DNA of 64,000 nt, taken from NCBI GenBank assembly GCA_050015475.1, contig JBEKBI010000004.1:34198-98197 (forward strand), written 5' to 3'. The notes under the pieces were generated by a model. That model saw only the letters and a list, made by a program, of their open reading frames with translations, was not told where the DNA came from and did not search any database. The stretch's first letter is position 1. The number at the start of each line of letters is the position of its first letter. This stretch comes from Acidimicrobiales bacterium. GTDB taxonomy: Bacteria; Actinomycetota; Acidimicrobiia; Acidimicrobiales; Bog-793. Positions 36,087 to 48,859 of the stretch are shown here, one piece after another. Position numbers and translations under genes: made by a program.

Positions 36087-36366
36087 GCTCTCCTCATTTC
36101 ACTCGCCTGCGGCCGGACGGCCTCATGGACGTTGCCGGTGACACCATTATTCGCCTCGCCCGGCCTTCCCGTGTGGAGAGGCGGTGGTCCTTTCAAGCAG
36201 GCTGGCCTCGCCGCGATGAGACCTGCCGGCACCCACGGGGGCGACGTTAAGGTGACGGCCGCGTTGAAGGCAATCTCGGTAGCGTCCGAACTGACACGGC
36301 AACTCGCGCTGCGGCGGGCGCCCTCAGCCTTGGGCCTACCTGGGTTATCGCGCGAACCGTTGTGAA

Positions 36367-39300
36367 ATGGGAGGTTTCGCGACAAAGGCCGAACTTAAGC
36401 CGGAGGCACGACTAGCGTCAGCCCATGTGCTGAAGCGTCGCAAGAACGTCGAAGGACCTGGCATCGCGCCGCCGGAGGCCGAGGTGAGAGCCCTGGTGAA
36501 CCGGATCGCGGAGCTCGAGGGTGGCAACGAGGCGCACGCGTCCCACATCTATCCGGGGACCGAATGGATGATGAGGTGGGCCATGGGCAACGCCTCGCTG
36601 CGCACCCAGATGTTCCGGTTCGTCGATGTCTTGCCGGCCATGATCGACGATGCCGACCTGTACCGGCACGTGAGGGAGTACTTCGGTGGCGAGCTGGTGC
36701 CCGGCCTGCTCTCACGGGCGGTCAGGTCCTCCGCTCAGGTTCCAGCGGGCGGGCGGGTCGTCGCTGCTATCGCGCGCCACGAGGTGGCGCGGATGGCGAC
36801 TCAGTTCATCGTCGCCACAGACGCCGCAGGCGCCGCAGAGAAGCTCGATGGCCTTTGGCGCCGAGGCCGCGCCGCGACGGTCGACCTGCTGGGTGAGCAC
36901 ACCCATTCGAATGCCGAGGCTGACCGGTACGCGGCCCGGCTGGCCGATCTAGTTTCGGTGCTCGTCCCGGCGAGTAGGGCCTGGCCTTCGAACGACGTCC
37001 TCGAGAGGGACGACCTAGGCGCGATTGGCAGGGTGGCCGTGGCTATCAAACCGACCGCCCTCGCGCCGGACTTCGCGCCGCTCACCGCTGAGGCCGGCAT
37101 CTCGTCGGCGACCAAGCGGCTCGTGCCGATCCTCGAGGCTGCAGCCTCGCAAGGCGCACAAGTCTGGTTCGATCTCGAGCGGTACGAGGTCAAGCACGTC
37201 ACGCATCGGCTCGTGCGGCAGTTGCTCGACCGGCCGGAGCTTGTCGGGCTCCAAGCCGGGATCGTGGTGCAGACCTACTTGAAGGACAGCTATGAGGACC
37301 TCGTGTCGCTGTGCGAGTGGGCGGACGGGCGCGAGGAGCCCGTCGGGATCCGCCTGGTAAAAGGCGCATACTGGGACACCGAGACCATCGCCGCAGACGC
37401 CGCGGGCTGGCCCGTGCCGGTCTACGGGAGGAAGGCCGAGACCGACGCGAACTTCGAGCGTTGCGTACGTTTCTTGCACTCCTACCACGGCCGGGTGCGA
37501 GCCGCCTTCGGGTCGCACAACCTGAGGTCCCTCGCCTATGCCATCGCCGCCGGTCGGGCTGCAGGCATCCCTGACAACGGCTACGAGGTTCAGCTCCTCT
37601 GGGGCATGGCCGAGCCTGTGCACGAGGCATTCCACCAGCTCGGCTTCAGGGTGCGCGTCTACGCCCCGATGGGAGAGCTCATGTCCGGCATGGCCTATCT
37701 CGTGCGCCGCCTGCTCGAGAACACCTCCAACGAGGGCTTCGTGCGCCTGCGTTTTGCGGAGCACAAGGACCTGACCACTCTTGTCGCCGCGCCGAGAGCC
37801 AGCTTGGACGCTGTCGATGCCGCCGAGCTCAAGAGGGCCGCACCTGTGCGGCCGGCCACCAAGCCGACCGAGCCCGCCGCCTATGCACCCGAACCACTCG
37901 TCAGGTGGTTCGCGCCCGAGGCGCCGCGCCTCATGGGTGCCGCTATGGAGAAGGTGAGAGCCTCGCTCGGAGGCGAGGTCCGTGCTGTGATCGGGGGCTC
38001 GGAGCCGCGCACGGGAAGGACGATCATTTCGGTGGACCCGGCGGATCCAGCGACGGTCGTTGCCGTCGCGGATTGCTGCGGCCCGAAAGAGGCCGACACG
38101 GCGGTGGCGCTCGCAGAGCTGGCTTTCGACCGATGGAGCCAGGCGGCAGCAACAACGCGGGCCGGCGTGTTGTTCAAGGCGGCGGACTGGCTGCGGCAGC
38201 GCAGGTTCGACCTTGCTGCGCTCGAAGTGTTCGAGGTCGGGAAGTGCTGGGATGACGCCGACGCGGACGTTGCCGAGGCGATCGACTTTCTCGAGTACTA
38301 CGGGCGACAGGGATTGCGGCTCGGCGGCGGTGAGGTTCGCTCGGCTCCAGGTGAGGTGCTTCGCCTTGGCTGTCTGGGCCGTGGGGTGGTGGCGGTCATC
38401 TCGCCGTGGAGCTCGCCGCTAGCGATTCCCAGTGGAATGTTGAGCGCTGCTCTCGTCGCCGGCAACGCCGTCGTGTTCAAGCCCGCCGAACAGGCACCCG
38501 CCCTAGCCGGCATGCTCGTCAGCGCCCTTCGCGAGGGCGGGCTTCCCGACGGAGTGATCTCGTTCGTTCCGGGTCTCGGGGGAGACATCGGCAGCCATCT
38601 CGTGACGCATCCCCGAGTGGACGTGGTCGCCTTCACGGGCTCCAAGCCCGTCGGGCTCGGGATCTTGGAGGCGGCCACCCGCAACGAGAGGGCCCGGCGC
38701 GGGCCGCGTCGCGTCGTCACCGAGCTCGGAGGCAAGAACGCGATCATCGTCGACTCCGATGCTGATCTCGACCAGGCCGTGCCTGCGGCGGTCCGGTCGG
38801 CCTTCGGTTTCGCAGGCCAGCGCTGTTCCGCGGCGTCGCTCATCATCACGGTCGGCCCCGTCCACGACTTGTTCCTCGAGAGGTTCGTCGAGGCCACCCG
38901 CTCCTTGGCGATCGGCCCACCTGTCACCGAGGGCATCGAGTTTGGCCCCTTGATCGACGAGGCCTCTTTGAACCGCGTCCGGGGTTGGCAGGACCGTGCG
39001 GCTGAATTCGGGAATGTCGTGTTGCGGCGCGACGAGGTTCCCGACACCGGTTACTTCGTGGGACCGACGGTCGTCGACGACGCGACGCCCGGTTCGCCAC
39101 TCGCGACCGATGAGATCTTCGGCCCGATCGTGGCCGTGATACGTGCCAGGGACTTCGCCGAGGGCCTTGAGCTCGCGAACCAAGTCGATCGCCCCCTCAC
39201 GGCCGGCATCATGTCCCGGTATCCGTCGCACATCGAGCTTGGCGCGGCGCGGCTCAAAGGTGGCGACGTCTACGTGAACCGGGCCATCACAGGTGCGACC

Positions 39301-39444
39301 CCAGGCCGGCAGCCCTTCGGTTGCCACGGCATGTCCGGGGTCGAGTCCAAAGCGGGAGGCTCGGACTATCTGTCGCAGTTCGTCACGGCGCGGGTCATCA
39401 CCGAGAACACCCTCAGGCAGGGCTTCGCACCTCTCGACGACTGA
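36367..39444 (+). CDS. putA: Bifunctional proline dehydrogenase / L-glutamate gamma-semialdehyde (P5C) dehydrogenase (PutA without DNA-binding domain)
   Basis: The N-terminal half is a PRODH barrel (..VDLLGE.., IRLVKGAYWDTE, FGSHN, VQLLWGMAE, YAPMGE..GMAYLVRRLLENTSNEGF). The C-terminal half is an ALDH (FKPAEQAP, FTGSKPVG, ELGGKNAIIVD, GQRCSAAS, EIFGPI). Confidence 0.9.
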   Translation: MGGFATKAELKPEARLASAHVLKRRKNVEGPGIAPPEAEVRALVNRIAELEGGNEAHASHIYPGTEWMMRWAMGNASLRTQMFRFVDVLPAMIDDADLYRHVREYFGGELVPGLLSRAVRSSAQVPAGGRVVAAIARHEVARMATQFIVATDAAGAAEKLDGLWRRGRAATVDLLGEHTHSNAEADRYAARLADLVSVLVPASRAWPSNDVLERDDLGAIGRVAVAIKPTALAPDFAPLTAEAGISSATKRLVPILEAAASQGAQVWFDLERYEVKHVTHRLVRQLLDRPELVGLQAGIVVQTYLKDSYEDLVSLCEWADGREEPVGIRLVKGAYWDTETIAADAAGWPVPVYGRKAETDANFERCVRFLHSYHGRVRAAFGSHNLRSLAYAIAAGRAAGIPDNGYEVQLLWGMAEPVHEAFHQLGFRVRVYAPMGELMSGMAYLVRRLLENTSNEGFVRLRFAEHKDLTTLVAAPRASLDAVDAAELKRAAPVRPATKPTEPAAYAPEPLVRWFAPEAPRLMGAAMEKVRASLGGEVRAVIGGSEPRTGRTIISVDPADPATVVAVADCCGPKEADTAVALAELAFDRWSQAAATTRAGVLFKAADWLRQRRFDLAALEVFEVGKCWDDADADVAEAIDFLEYYGRQGLRLGGGEVRSAPGEVLRLGCLGRGVVAVISPWSSPLAIPSGMLSAALVAGNAVVFKPAEQAPALAGMLVSALREGGLPDGVISFVPGLGGDIGSHLVTHPRVDVVAFTGSKPVGLGILEAATRNERARRGPRRVVTELGGKNAIIVDSDADLDQAVPAAVRSAFGFAGQRCSAASLIITVGPVHDLFLERFVEATRSLAIGPPVTEGIEFGPLIDEASLNRVRGWQDRAAEFGNVVLRRDEVPDTGYFVGPTVVDDATPGSPLATDEIFGPIVAVIRARDFAEGLELANQVDRPLTAGIMSRYPSHIELGAARLKGGDVYVNRAITGATPGRQPFGCHGMSGVESKAGGSDYLSQFVTARVITENTLRQGFAPLDD

Positions 39445-39529
39445 GGAGGCAGGCGGGCACGGCCCCGGTCCGCGCCTGGACAGCTCCGAGCCGCTTTTTC
39501 CCTGCCACTCAGCGGCCTAACCTTCTTCA

Positions 39530-41014
39530 GTGGCCGAGGCGCGCAAGTTTGTCGTTCGAACCTTCGGCTGCCAGATGAACGAGCACGACTCGGAGCGCAT
39601 CGCCTCGGTACTCGCGGCCGACGGGATGGCACGCACCGAGGACGTCGAGGATGCCGATGTCGTCGTGCTCAACACGTGTTGTATCAGGCAGAACGCCGAC
39701 GACAAGCTCTACGGACATCTAGGGCAGCTCAAGTCCGTCCAGGCTCGGCGGCCAGGCATGCAGATAGCCGTCGGCGGCTGCCTCGCCCAAAAGGACCGCG
39801 ACCTCCTCATCGAGCGGGCACCACAGGTGAACGTCGTGTTCGGCACCCACAACGTGGCCAGGGTTGCCGCGCTGCTCGAGCTAGCGCGTTCAACCGGCGA
39901 GCCCGTCGTCGATGTGCCCGATGCGCCAGGCGACGACGAGGCGACAGATTTCCCCGCCGCGATGGCGGTGAAGGCCGACCGGCCCCATGCGGCCTGGGTC
40001 ACCATCCAGGTGGGTTGCGACAACTCCTGCGCGTATTGCATCGTGCCCTCGGTACGCGGACCCGAGGTCAGTCGCCCCTTCGGCGAGCTTGTCGGGGAGG
40101 TCGAGAGCCTTGCCTCCCGAGGCGCCGTGGAGATCACGCTGCTGGGCCAGAATGTCAACTCCTATGGCCGTGACCTGACGATCAAGGCGAGGAGCAGCGG
40201 CGACGACTCAGATCTCGCCCTCCTCGTAGGCGGACGATGGGTGAATGAAGCCGCCGCCAGGCCGCGGCCGCTTTTCGCCGACTTGCTGAGGGAGGTAGGC
40301 GCGGTGCCAGGGATTCGCCGCGTCCGGTTCACGAGCCCGCACCCGAAGGACTTGAGCCCCGACACCATCGCCGCCATGGCCGAGACGGAAGCGGTCTGCG
40401 AACAGCTCCACCTGCCGCTGCAGTCAGGCAGCGATCGCGTCCTCAAACAGATGCGGCGCGGATACACCCGGGAGCGCTACCTCTTTCTCGTCCAACAGGC
40501 CCGGGACTCCATCGCGGACCTTGCTTTGACGACCGACGTCATCGTCGGGTTTCCCGGCGAGACGGAGGAGGACTTCGCCCAGACCCTCGAGGTCGCCTCA
40601 CAGGTCGAGTACGACAGCGCCTACACGTTCGTCTTCTCCCCGAGACCTGGCACCCGGGCGGCTGCGCTCAGGGAACTCTTCGTGCCGCCCGAGGACATCG
40701 CCGAGCGTTTCGCGAGACTGAAAGTCGTCACCGAGCGTTCGGCGCTCGCCCGCAACTCGAGGCGCGTCGGGAGGGTCGAGGAGGCCATCGTGGAGGGATC
40801 CTCGCGCAAAGACCCGCAGGTGCTCTCGGGTCGCACCCGCCAGGGCAAGCTCGTCCATTTCTCGCCGCGCGTGGGGGAGGTGCTGGTTCCGGGTTCGTTC
40901 GTGCGCGTGCGTATCGAGAGCGCCGGACCGCACCATCTCGGGGGAGTTCTCCTCGCTCCGGGGGACGACGAAAGCGCCCGAACAAGGCCGTCCATCCCGG
41001 TCGTGACCGGCTGA
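39530..41014 (+). CDS. miaB: tRNA-i6A37 methylthiotransferase
   Basis: UPF0004 domain FVVRTFGCQMNEHDSE..NTCCIR, radical SAM VGCDNSCAYCIVP, and a C-terminal TRAM domain. Confidence 0.9.
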   Translation: MAEARKFVVRTFGCQMNEHDSERIASVLAADGMARTEDVEDADVVVLNTCCIRQNADDKLYGHLGQLKSVQARRPGMQIAVGGCLAQKDRDLLIERAPQVNVVFGTHNVARVAALLELARSTGEPVVDVPDAPGDDEATDFPAAMAVKADRPHAAWVTIQVGCDNSCAYCIVPSVRGPEVSRPFGELVGEVESLASRGAVEITLLGQNVNSYGRDLTIKARSSGDDSDLALLVGGRWVNEAAARPRPLFADLLREVGAVPGIRRVRFTSPHPKDLSPDTIAAMAETEAVCEQLHLPLQSGSDRVLKQMRRGYTRERYLFLVQQARDSIADLALTTDVIVGFPGETEEDFAQTLEVASQVEYDSAYTFVFSPRPGTRAAALRELFVPPEDIAERFARLKVVTERSALARNSRRVGRVEEAIVEGSSRKDPQVLSGRTRQGKLVHFSPRVGEVLVPGSFVRVRIESAGPHHLGGVLLAPGDDESARTRPSIPVVTG

Positions 41015-41089
41015 AGCGCCACTATCGGGTCCGGCTCGGCCCGTGGCCCGGTCCGGAGGGCAAACCTCGGCAGCGTACAATGGCCAGTC

Positions 41090-43897
<2,808 letters not shown>

Positions 43898-43903
43898 ACG
43901 ATC

Positions 43904-45058
43904 ATGACGCGGACATCCGATTCCAGCCCCGAGAACGCGCGCCCAGACCTCGGCGAGGAACTGGCGTCCCTCCGCGTCCGGCTCGACGCGGCCAAGATCT
44001 ACTTGAGGCTGGACGACCTGGCGAGTCGCCTGCTTGAGCTCGAAACGGTCATCGCGGAGCCCGACCTGTGGTCCGACGCCGACAACGCCCGAAAGGTGAC
44101 GTCCGAATACGGCCGTATACGAGGAGACATCGAGGGTTTGCGGAGCCTCGAGACTCAGCTCAGCGACGCCGAGGCCCTGCACGCGATGGCGCTCGAGGAA
44201 GGTGGCGACGAGCTGGTCGGGCTCGAGGCCGAGCTCGGCGAGGTCGCGGAGACAGTCGGGGGGGCACTCGACGAGCTCGAGTTGCGGAGCCTGTTCTCCG
44301 GCGAGCACGACGAGCGGGACGCAGTGGCGGAGATCCACGCCGGCGCCGGCGGTACCGATGCCCAGGACTGGGCGGAAATGATGCTGCGCATGTACCTGCG
44401 CTGGGCCGAGCGCCGGGGATTCGAGGTCGAGGTCGACGAGGTCTCCGAAGGAGGCGAGGCGGGCATCTTGTCGGCGACGTTCATCATCCGCGGGCGCTTC
44501 GCCTACGGGCTCTTGGCTGCCGAGCGGGGTGTTCACCGCCTGGTCAGGATGTCGCCGTTCGACTCCCAGCACCGACGCCAGACGAGCTTCGCCTCGCTCG
44601 ACGTCGCCCCGTTCTTGGACGACGTCTCCGACGAGGTCGAGATCGATGAGAAGGACCTTCGCATAGACACTTACCGGTCATCAGGTGCAGGTGGTCAGCA
44701 CGTGAACGTGACCGACTCCGCCGTGCGGATTACGCACATCCCGACCGGCATCGTCACTTCTTGCCAGAACGAGCGCAGCCAGCACCAGAACAAGGAGAAG
44801 GCGCTGCAGATCCTCGGCGCCAAGCTCGCGGACCGCCAGCGGGCCGAGCGTCGCAAGGAGCTGGAGAACTTGTCAGGCCCGCTCAGCGACGTCGCCTGGG
44901 GAAGCCAGATCCGCTCCTATGTGCTCGCTCCGTACCAGCTCGTAAAGGACCTGCGCAGCGGGTACGAAACCGGGAACGTGGAGGCGGTCCTCGACGGGGA
45001 TTTGTACGATTTCATGATCGCATACTTGAGATTTCGCAGGGAACATGAGGGTTCTTGA
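43904..45058 (+). CDS. prfB: Peptide chain release factor 2 (uninterrupted ORF, no programmed +1 frameshift)
   Basis: SPF tripeptide (RMSPFDS), GGQ motif (SSGAGGQHVNVTDSAVRITHIPTG), CQNERSQHQNK. Confidence 0.9.
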   Translation: MTRTSDSSPENARPDLGEELASLRVRLDAAKIYLRLDDLASRLLELETVIAEPDLWSDADNARKVTSEYGRIRGDIEGLRSLETQLSDAEALHAMALEEGGDELVGLEAELGEVAETVGGALDELELRSLFSGEHDERDAVAEIHAGAGGTDAQDWAEMMLRMYLRWAERRGFEVEVDEVSEGGEAGILSATFIIRGRFAYGLLAAERGVHRLVRMSPFDSQHRRQTSFASLDVAPFLDDVSDEVEIDEKDLRIDTYRSSGAGGQHVNVTDSAVRITHIPTGIVTSCQNERSQHQNKEKALQILGAKLADRQRAERRKELENLSGPLSDVAWGSQIRSYVLAPYQLVKDLRSGYETGNVEAVLDGDLYDFMIAYLRFRREHEGS

Positions 45059-45151
45059 GGCGCAGCGCGGCTGTCACCGGGTCGTAATAACCACGGCTGG
45101 TAGCCTGCGAAAGGGTTTTGTCGTACTGGAACGCGGGGGAGGAGGTCACCG

Positions 45152-45979
45152 ATGATCCGCTTTGACAACGTCACGAAGTCGTATAAGGGCTCCATCGTCG
45201 CCCTGCGTGACGTCTCCCTCGAGATCTTAAAGGGCGAGTTCGTCTTCCTCGTCGGGGCCTCGGGGTCGGGCAAGACCACGATGCTCAAGCTCCTGCTTCG
45301 TGAAGAGGTTGCAGACACTGGCGAGATCTGGGTGGCGGGCAAGGAAGTTGGGCATCTCTCCAACTGGAGGGTGCCGTATTTGAGGCGCAATCTCGGTTGT
45401 GTGTTCCAGGATTTCCGCCTGCTGCCGAACAAGACGGTGTTTGAGAACGTGGCGTTTGCGCTCGAGGTAATAGGCCGGCCTCGCCACGTCATCACCACTC
45501 AAGTGCCGCAGGTACTCGAGCTGGTCGGCCTTGGCCAGAAGGGTGACCGCCTGCCGAACGAGTTGTCGGGTGGCGAGCAGCAGCGGGTGGCGATCGCACG
45601 GGCTTTCGTCAACCGTCCCCTGATAATCCTCGCGGACGAACCCACCGGCAACGTCGACCCGACAACCAGTCAGGGCATCATGTCCCTGCTCGACAGGATC
45701 AACCGCACCGGCACGACGATCTTGATGGCCACTCACGACGCCGGCATCGTCGACACGATGCGTCGACGAGTGATCGAGATCGACCATGGCTCGGTCATCC
45801 GGGACCAGGCACGCGGCATCTACGGACTCGACCCGACGGTCTCGAGCACGCGCGGAGTCCCCGTCGTCACGGCTCCAACTGTGACCGCAGGGCTTGCCGA
45901 GCTCGGGCTGCACGATGACGGCGACGAGCCGATCACGAGCCGTCAGGAAGCGGTCCGGGCGCGGAGGGGGCGGCGCTGA
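45152..45979 (+). CDS. ftsE: Cell division ATP-binding protein FtsE
   Basis: [11 protein letters not shown], Walker [10 protein letters not shown], signature [14 protein letters not shown], Walker [13 protein letters not shown]-terminal extension of about 45 aa is present. Confidence 0.9.
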   Translation: MIRFDNVTKSYKGSIVALRDVSLEILKGEFVFLVGASGSGKTTMLKLLLREEVADTGEIWVAGKEVGHLSNWRVPYLRRNLGCVFQDFRLLPNKTVFENVAFALEVIGRPRHVITTQVPQVLELVGLGQKGDRLPNELSGGEQQRVAIARAFVNRPLIILADEPTGNVDPTTSQGIMSLLDRINRTGTTILMATHDAGIVDTMRRRVIEIDHGSVIRDQARGIYGLDPTVSSTRGVPVVTAPTVTAGLAELGLHDDGDEPITSRQEAVRARRGRR

Positions 45980-46854
45980 TGCCGATCTCCGCGGGCTACG
46001 TGGCGAGGGAGACCACGACGAATCTCTGGCGGAACCGGATGATGACGATCGCGGCCGTTCTCACCGTCGCTGTCTCGTTGTCCCTCGTCGGCACGGCGCT
46101 GTTGATGCGTCAGGCCGTCAACAACGAGCTCACGCAGTTGAACCAGAACGTGGACCTTCAGATCTTCGTACAACCGACGGCCTCCTCGGCCCAGGTGGCT
46201 GCGCTCCGCTCGACCATCACCCAGACGCCGCAGGTGCGGACGTTCGTCTATCTCGATCATCAGCAGTCGTACGCCTTGGCGTGTCGCATAGACGGTCCGA
46301 CAGTTTGCAGCGTGCTCACGCCCGCGACCACTCCGCCCGTGTTCCGATGCACACTCGCGAACCCCGGCACGGCCGCGACCGTGGCGACCGTTTTCCAGCA
46401 CTTGACTGGCGTTCGCAACGTCACCTATCCGTCCACCGCGGCGCGGGATCTGACGGCGCTGAGCAACGTCCTGCAATGGATCTTGTTCGCGATAGCCGTC
46501 GTGCTGCTGATATCGGCGTTGGTGCTGATCTTGAACGCCATCCGGATGGCGATCTTCTCGCGGCGGAGGGAGATCGGCGTCATGCGGCTCGTCGGTGCGA
46601 CGAGCTGGTTCATTCGCCTGCCGTTCATGGTCGAGGGCCTGGTGCAGGGGTTGATCGGGGCCGTACTGGCCATCGGGATAGTGCTGCTAGGAGACCTTGG
46701 CATCCGCGCGCTGATCAGGCACTTCAGCGAGTTTTCCTCGGCTATCGTGCCCGGTCACGACGTGATCATCACCGAGGTGCTTGTTCTCATCATGGGAGCG
46801 CTCATCGGTGCCGTCGGCTCGGCCGTAGCGCTCCGGCGCTTCCTCGAGGTCTGA
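45979..46854 (+). CDS. ftsX: Cell division permease-like protein FtsX
   Basis: The start overlaps the ftsE stop (TGATG). TM1 is followed by a ~110-aa extracytoplasmic domain and then three C-terminal TM segments (..EIGVMRLVGATSWFIRLPF..). Confidence 0.85.
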   Translation: MPISAGYVARETTTNLWRNRMMTIAAVLTVAVSLSLVGTALLMRQAVNNELTQLNQNVDLQIFVQPTASSAQVAALRSTITQTPQVRTFVYLDHQQSYALACRIDGPTVCSVLTPATTPPVFRCTLANPGTAATVATVFQHLTGVRNVTYPSTAARDLTALSNVLQWILFAIAVVLLISALVLILNAIRMAIFSRRREIGVMRLVGATSWFIRLPFMVEGLVQGLIGAVLAIGIVLLGDLGIRALIRHFSEFSSAIVPGHDVIITEVLVLIMGALIGAVGSAVALRRFLEV

Positions 46855-47180
46855 ACCCGCTTCGGTACCAAGGCCCTGCATGGTCCCGAGGCGGTGGATG
46901 TCGTGGGGTCGGGCCGGCCCTCCGTTGCGCTGGGACCGCCACTACGCTTTTGGCGACACCTGAGCGGTCCCTGTGGGGCCGCGCCGTGCGCGGAGTCGTT
47001 TGCAACTCGCAGGCCGTCCGTCGCGAGGAGAACGAGGGAGAAACCGATGCTAAGGATCATCCACTTAGAGACGGTATTCATGGCGACGAGAGTCTTCGCC
47101 CGGGACTGCGACGGCGGAACCGTCACAATGCGCTCCGAACAGGCGCCCCTGACTTGCTCCGGCCCGGGCTGGGTGCGGCC

Positions 47181-47924
47181 GTGAGGGGCGTCATACTCGC
47201 CGGGGGCACGGGCAGCCGGCTCCACCCCCTTACTCGGATCACGAACAAGCACCTCTTGCCGATCGGCGACCGGCCCATGATCAGCTACGGGATCGAAGCG
47301 CTCGTGAAAGCCGGTGTCACCGAGATCATGGTCGTGACAGGGGGCACGCACGCGGGGGAGTTCCTGCGCCTGTTGTCCAACGGGCAGGAGTTCGGGGTCG
47401 AGCGCCTCCTTTACGCATACCAGGAGCGCGCGGGCGGCATCGCCGAGGCGCTCGGGCTCGCGGCGCAGTTCGTCGGTGACGACCCCGTGGTCGTGATGCT
47501 GGCCGACAACATATTCGGTCGTTCCTTCGCGACTTCGGTCGATCGTTTCGCCGCCGAACCCAAGGGAGCACGCCTCGTGCTCGCCGAGGTAGCGGACCCT
47601 GCACACCTCAGCCATTTGGGGGTGCCCGAGCTCGACGAGTCAGGTCAGATCGTGCGCATCGTCGAGAAGCCGAAGGACCCGCCGAGTGCCTACTGCGTCA
47701 CGGGTGTGTACCTCTACGACTCGAGCGTTTTCGACGTCATCCAGACTCTCAAGCCCTCCGGGCGCGGTGAGCTCGAGATAACCGACGTGAACAACCACTA
47801 CGTCTCCGAGCACGCGATCGGATATGACGTCCAACAGGGATTCTGGGGCGACGCCGGCGAATCCATCGAGGCGTACTACGCCGTGAACGACTACGTCCGC
47901 CGCTACGGCGCCAACCTCGACTAG
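47181..47924 (+). CDS. Sugar-phosphate nucleotidyltransferase (short RmlA-like glucose-1-phosphate thymidylyltransferase)
   Basis: From GTG 47181: VRGVILAGGTGSRLHPLTRITNKHLLPIGDRPMI.., ..GGIAEAL.., VEKPK.P.S...TGVY.Y. The upstream 1.3 kb of track ORF 45894..47924 is a shadow frame over ftsE/ftsX. Confidence 0.8.
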   Translation: MRGVILAGGTGSRLHPLTRITNKHLLPIGDRPMISYGIEALVKAGVTEIMVVTGGTHAGEFLRLLSNGQEFGVERLLYAYQERAGGIAEALGLAAQFVGDDPVVVMLADNIFGRSFATSVDRFAAEPKGARLVLAEVADPAHLSHLGVPELDESGQIVRIVEKPKDPPSAYCVTGVYLYDSSVFDVIQTLKPSGRGELEITDVNNHYVSEHAIGYDVQQGFWGDAGESIEAYYAVNDYVRRYGANLD

Positions 47925-48859
47925 CGGCGCGACTCCGGCCCCGGACCAAGGGCTACTGCGAGGGCAGCCGGGAGGGTCGGGTGGAGATGGACAAAGCCGG
48001 CCGCCAACAGCTTCGTTGGCATGACCCGCTGGCTGGCCAGCAGCAGTTCGTCGGCAGCGCCGCGGCCGAGGGCGAGCCGGAGGAGCGGGGACGGGGCGAT
48101 GAGCCTGCTGGGCCGACCCAGAGCGTCGGCGACCATCCGCGTCAGCTCCGAATTGCGGACCGGGTTCGGAGCCGTCGCGTTCACGGGGCCGGTGACCCCT
48201 GCGTCGTCAATGGCCCTCAACAGGACGCGGACCTCGTCCTCGAGGGAGATCCAGCTCGTCCACTGACGTCCGTCACCGAGTCGAGCGCCGAGCCCCAGCT
48301 TGAAGAGGGGCAACTCGGCCGCGAGCATCCCACCCGCTGCACCGCCTGCGCCTCCGAGTACGATCCCCGTCCGGACGGCGACGACGCGAATTCCCCGCTC
48401 CAGTGCTGGGGCGGTGCTGCGCTCCCAAGAACCGCACAACTCAGCGAGGACGCCGGTTCCCTGCGCGCTCGATTCGTCGATCAGCTCCTCCCCGCGATGC
48501 CCGTAGTAGCCGGTCGCCGATCCGCCCACGAGCACTTTGGGAGGTCGCTCGAGGCGAGCGAGCGACCGGGCGAGAAGGTCCCCGACCGCGATGCGGCTCG
48601 AGCGGATCTCCTCCAGGCGGCGCGCGTTCCAGCGGACTGTGATCGGTGCGCCGGACAGATGCACGGCGGCGTCGATCCCCTCCAGAGTGTCGCCAGTGAG
48701 CCGGGAAGTGTCGAGACACCCTCTCGAGAGTTCCAGCCCGATCTCGCCCGCCGATGGCTGGTGACGCACGACCGGGTGGACCTGGTCGCCTCTATCGCGG
48801 AGCGTTCGGGCTAAAGCCTTGCCTATGAAACCGCCCGCGCCTGTGACGAGGATTCTCAC
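47921..48859 (-). CDS. YfcH-like epimerase family protein (SDR39U1 / TIGR01777 type with DUF1731 C-terminus)
   Basis: From GTG 48859: VRILVTGAGGFIG.., ..GSATGYYG.., GRQWTSWISLEDEV, and a C-terminal ..LLLASQRVMPTKLLAAGFVHLHPTLPAAL. Confidence 0.8.
   Translation of the reverse strand: MRILVTGAGGFIGKALARTLRDRGDQVHPVVRHQPSAGEIGLELSRGCLDTSRLTGDTLEGIDAAVHLSGAPITVRWNARRLEEIRSSRIAVGDLLARSLARLERPPKVLVGGSATGYYGHRGEELIDESSAQGTGVLAELCGSWERSTAPALERGIRVVAVRTGIVLGGAGGAAGGMLAAELPLFKLGLGARLGDGRQWTSWISLEDEVRVLLRAIDDAGVTGPVNATAPNPVRNSELTRMVADALGRPSRLIAPSPLLRLALGRGAADELLLASQRVMPTKLLAAGFVHLHPTLPAALAVALGPGPESRR

Noticed and set aside
43904-45058. Programmed +1 frameshift site in prfB.
   Set aside because: RF2 is encoded here by one uninterrupted ORF, and there is no in-frame TGA near codon 25-30. 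The region reads ..AAKIYLRLDDL... The frameshift is therefore absent, as in many Actinomycetota.
46755-47081. 109-codon minus-strand ORF starting MNTVSKWMILSIGFSLVLLATDGL.
   Set aside because: After the hydrophobic start it becomes low-complexity and runs about 100 nt antisense into ftsX. I did not annotate it as a CDS and mention it only under the ftsX-gap finding.
45894-47180. The 5' 1.3 kb of the 676-aa track ORF 45894..47924.
   Set aside because: This part overlaps ftsE and ftsX in another frame and translates to Arg-rich nonsense. Only the last 247 codons (from GTG 47181, VRGVILAGGTGSRL..) look like a real nucleotidyltransferase.
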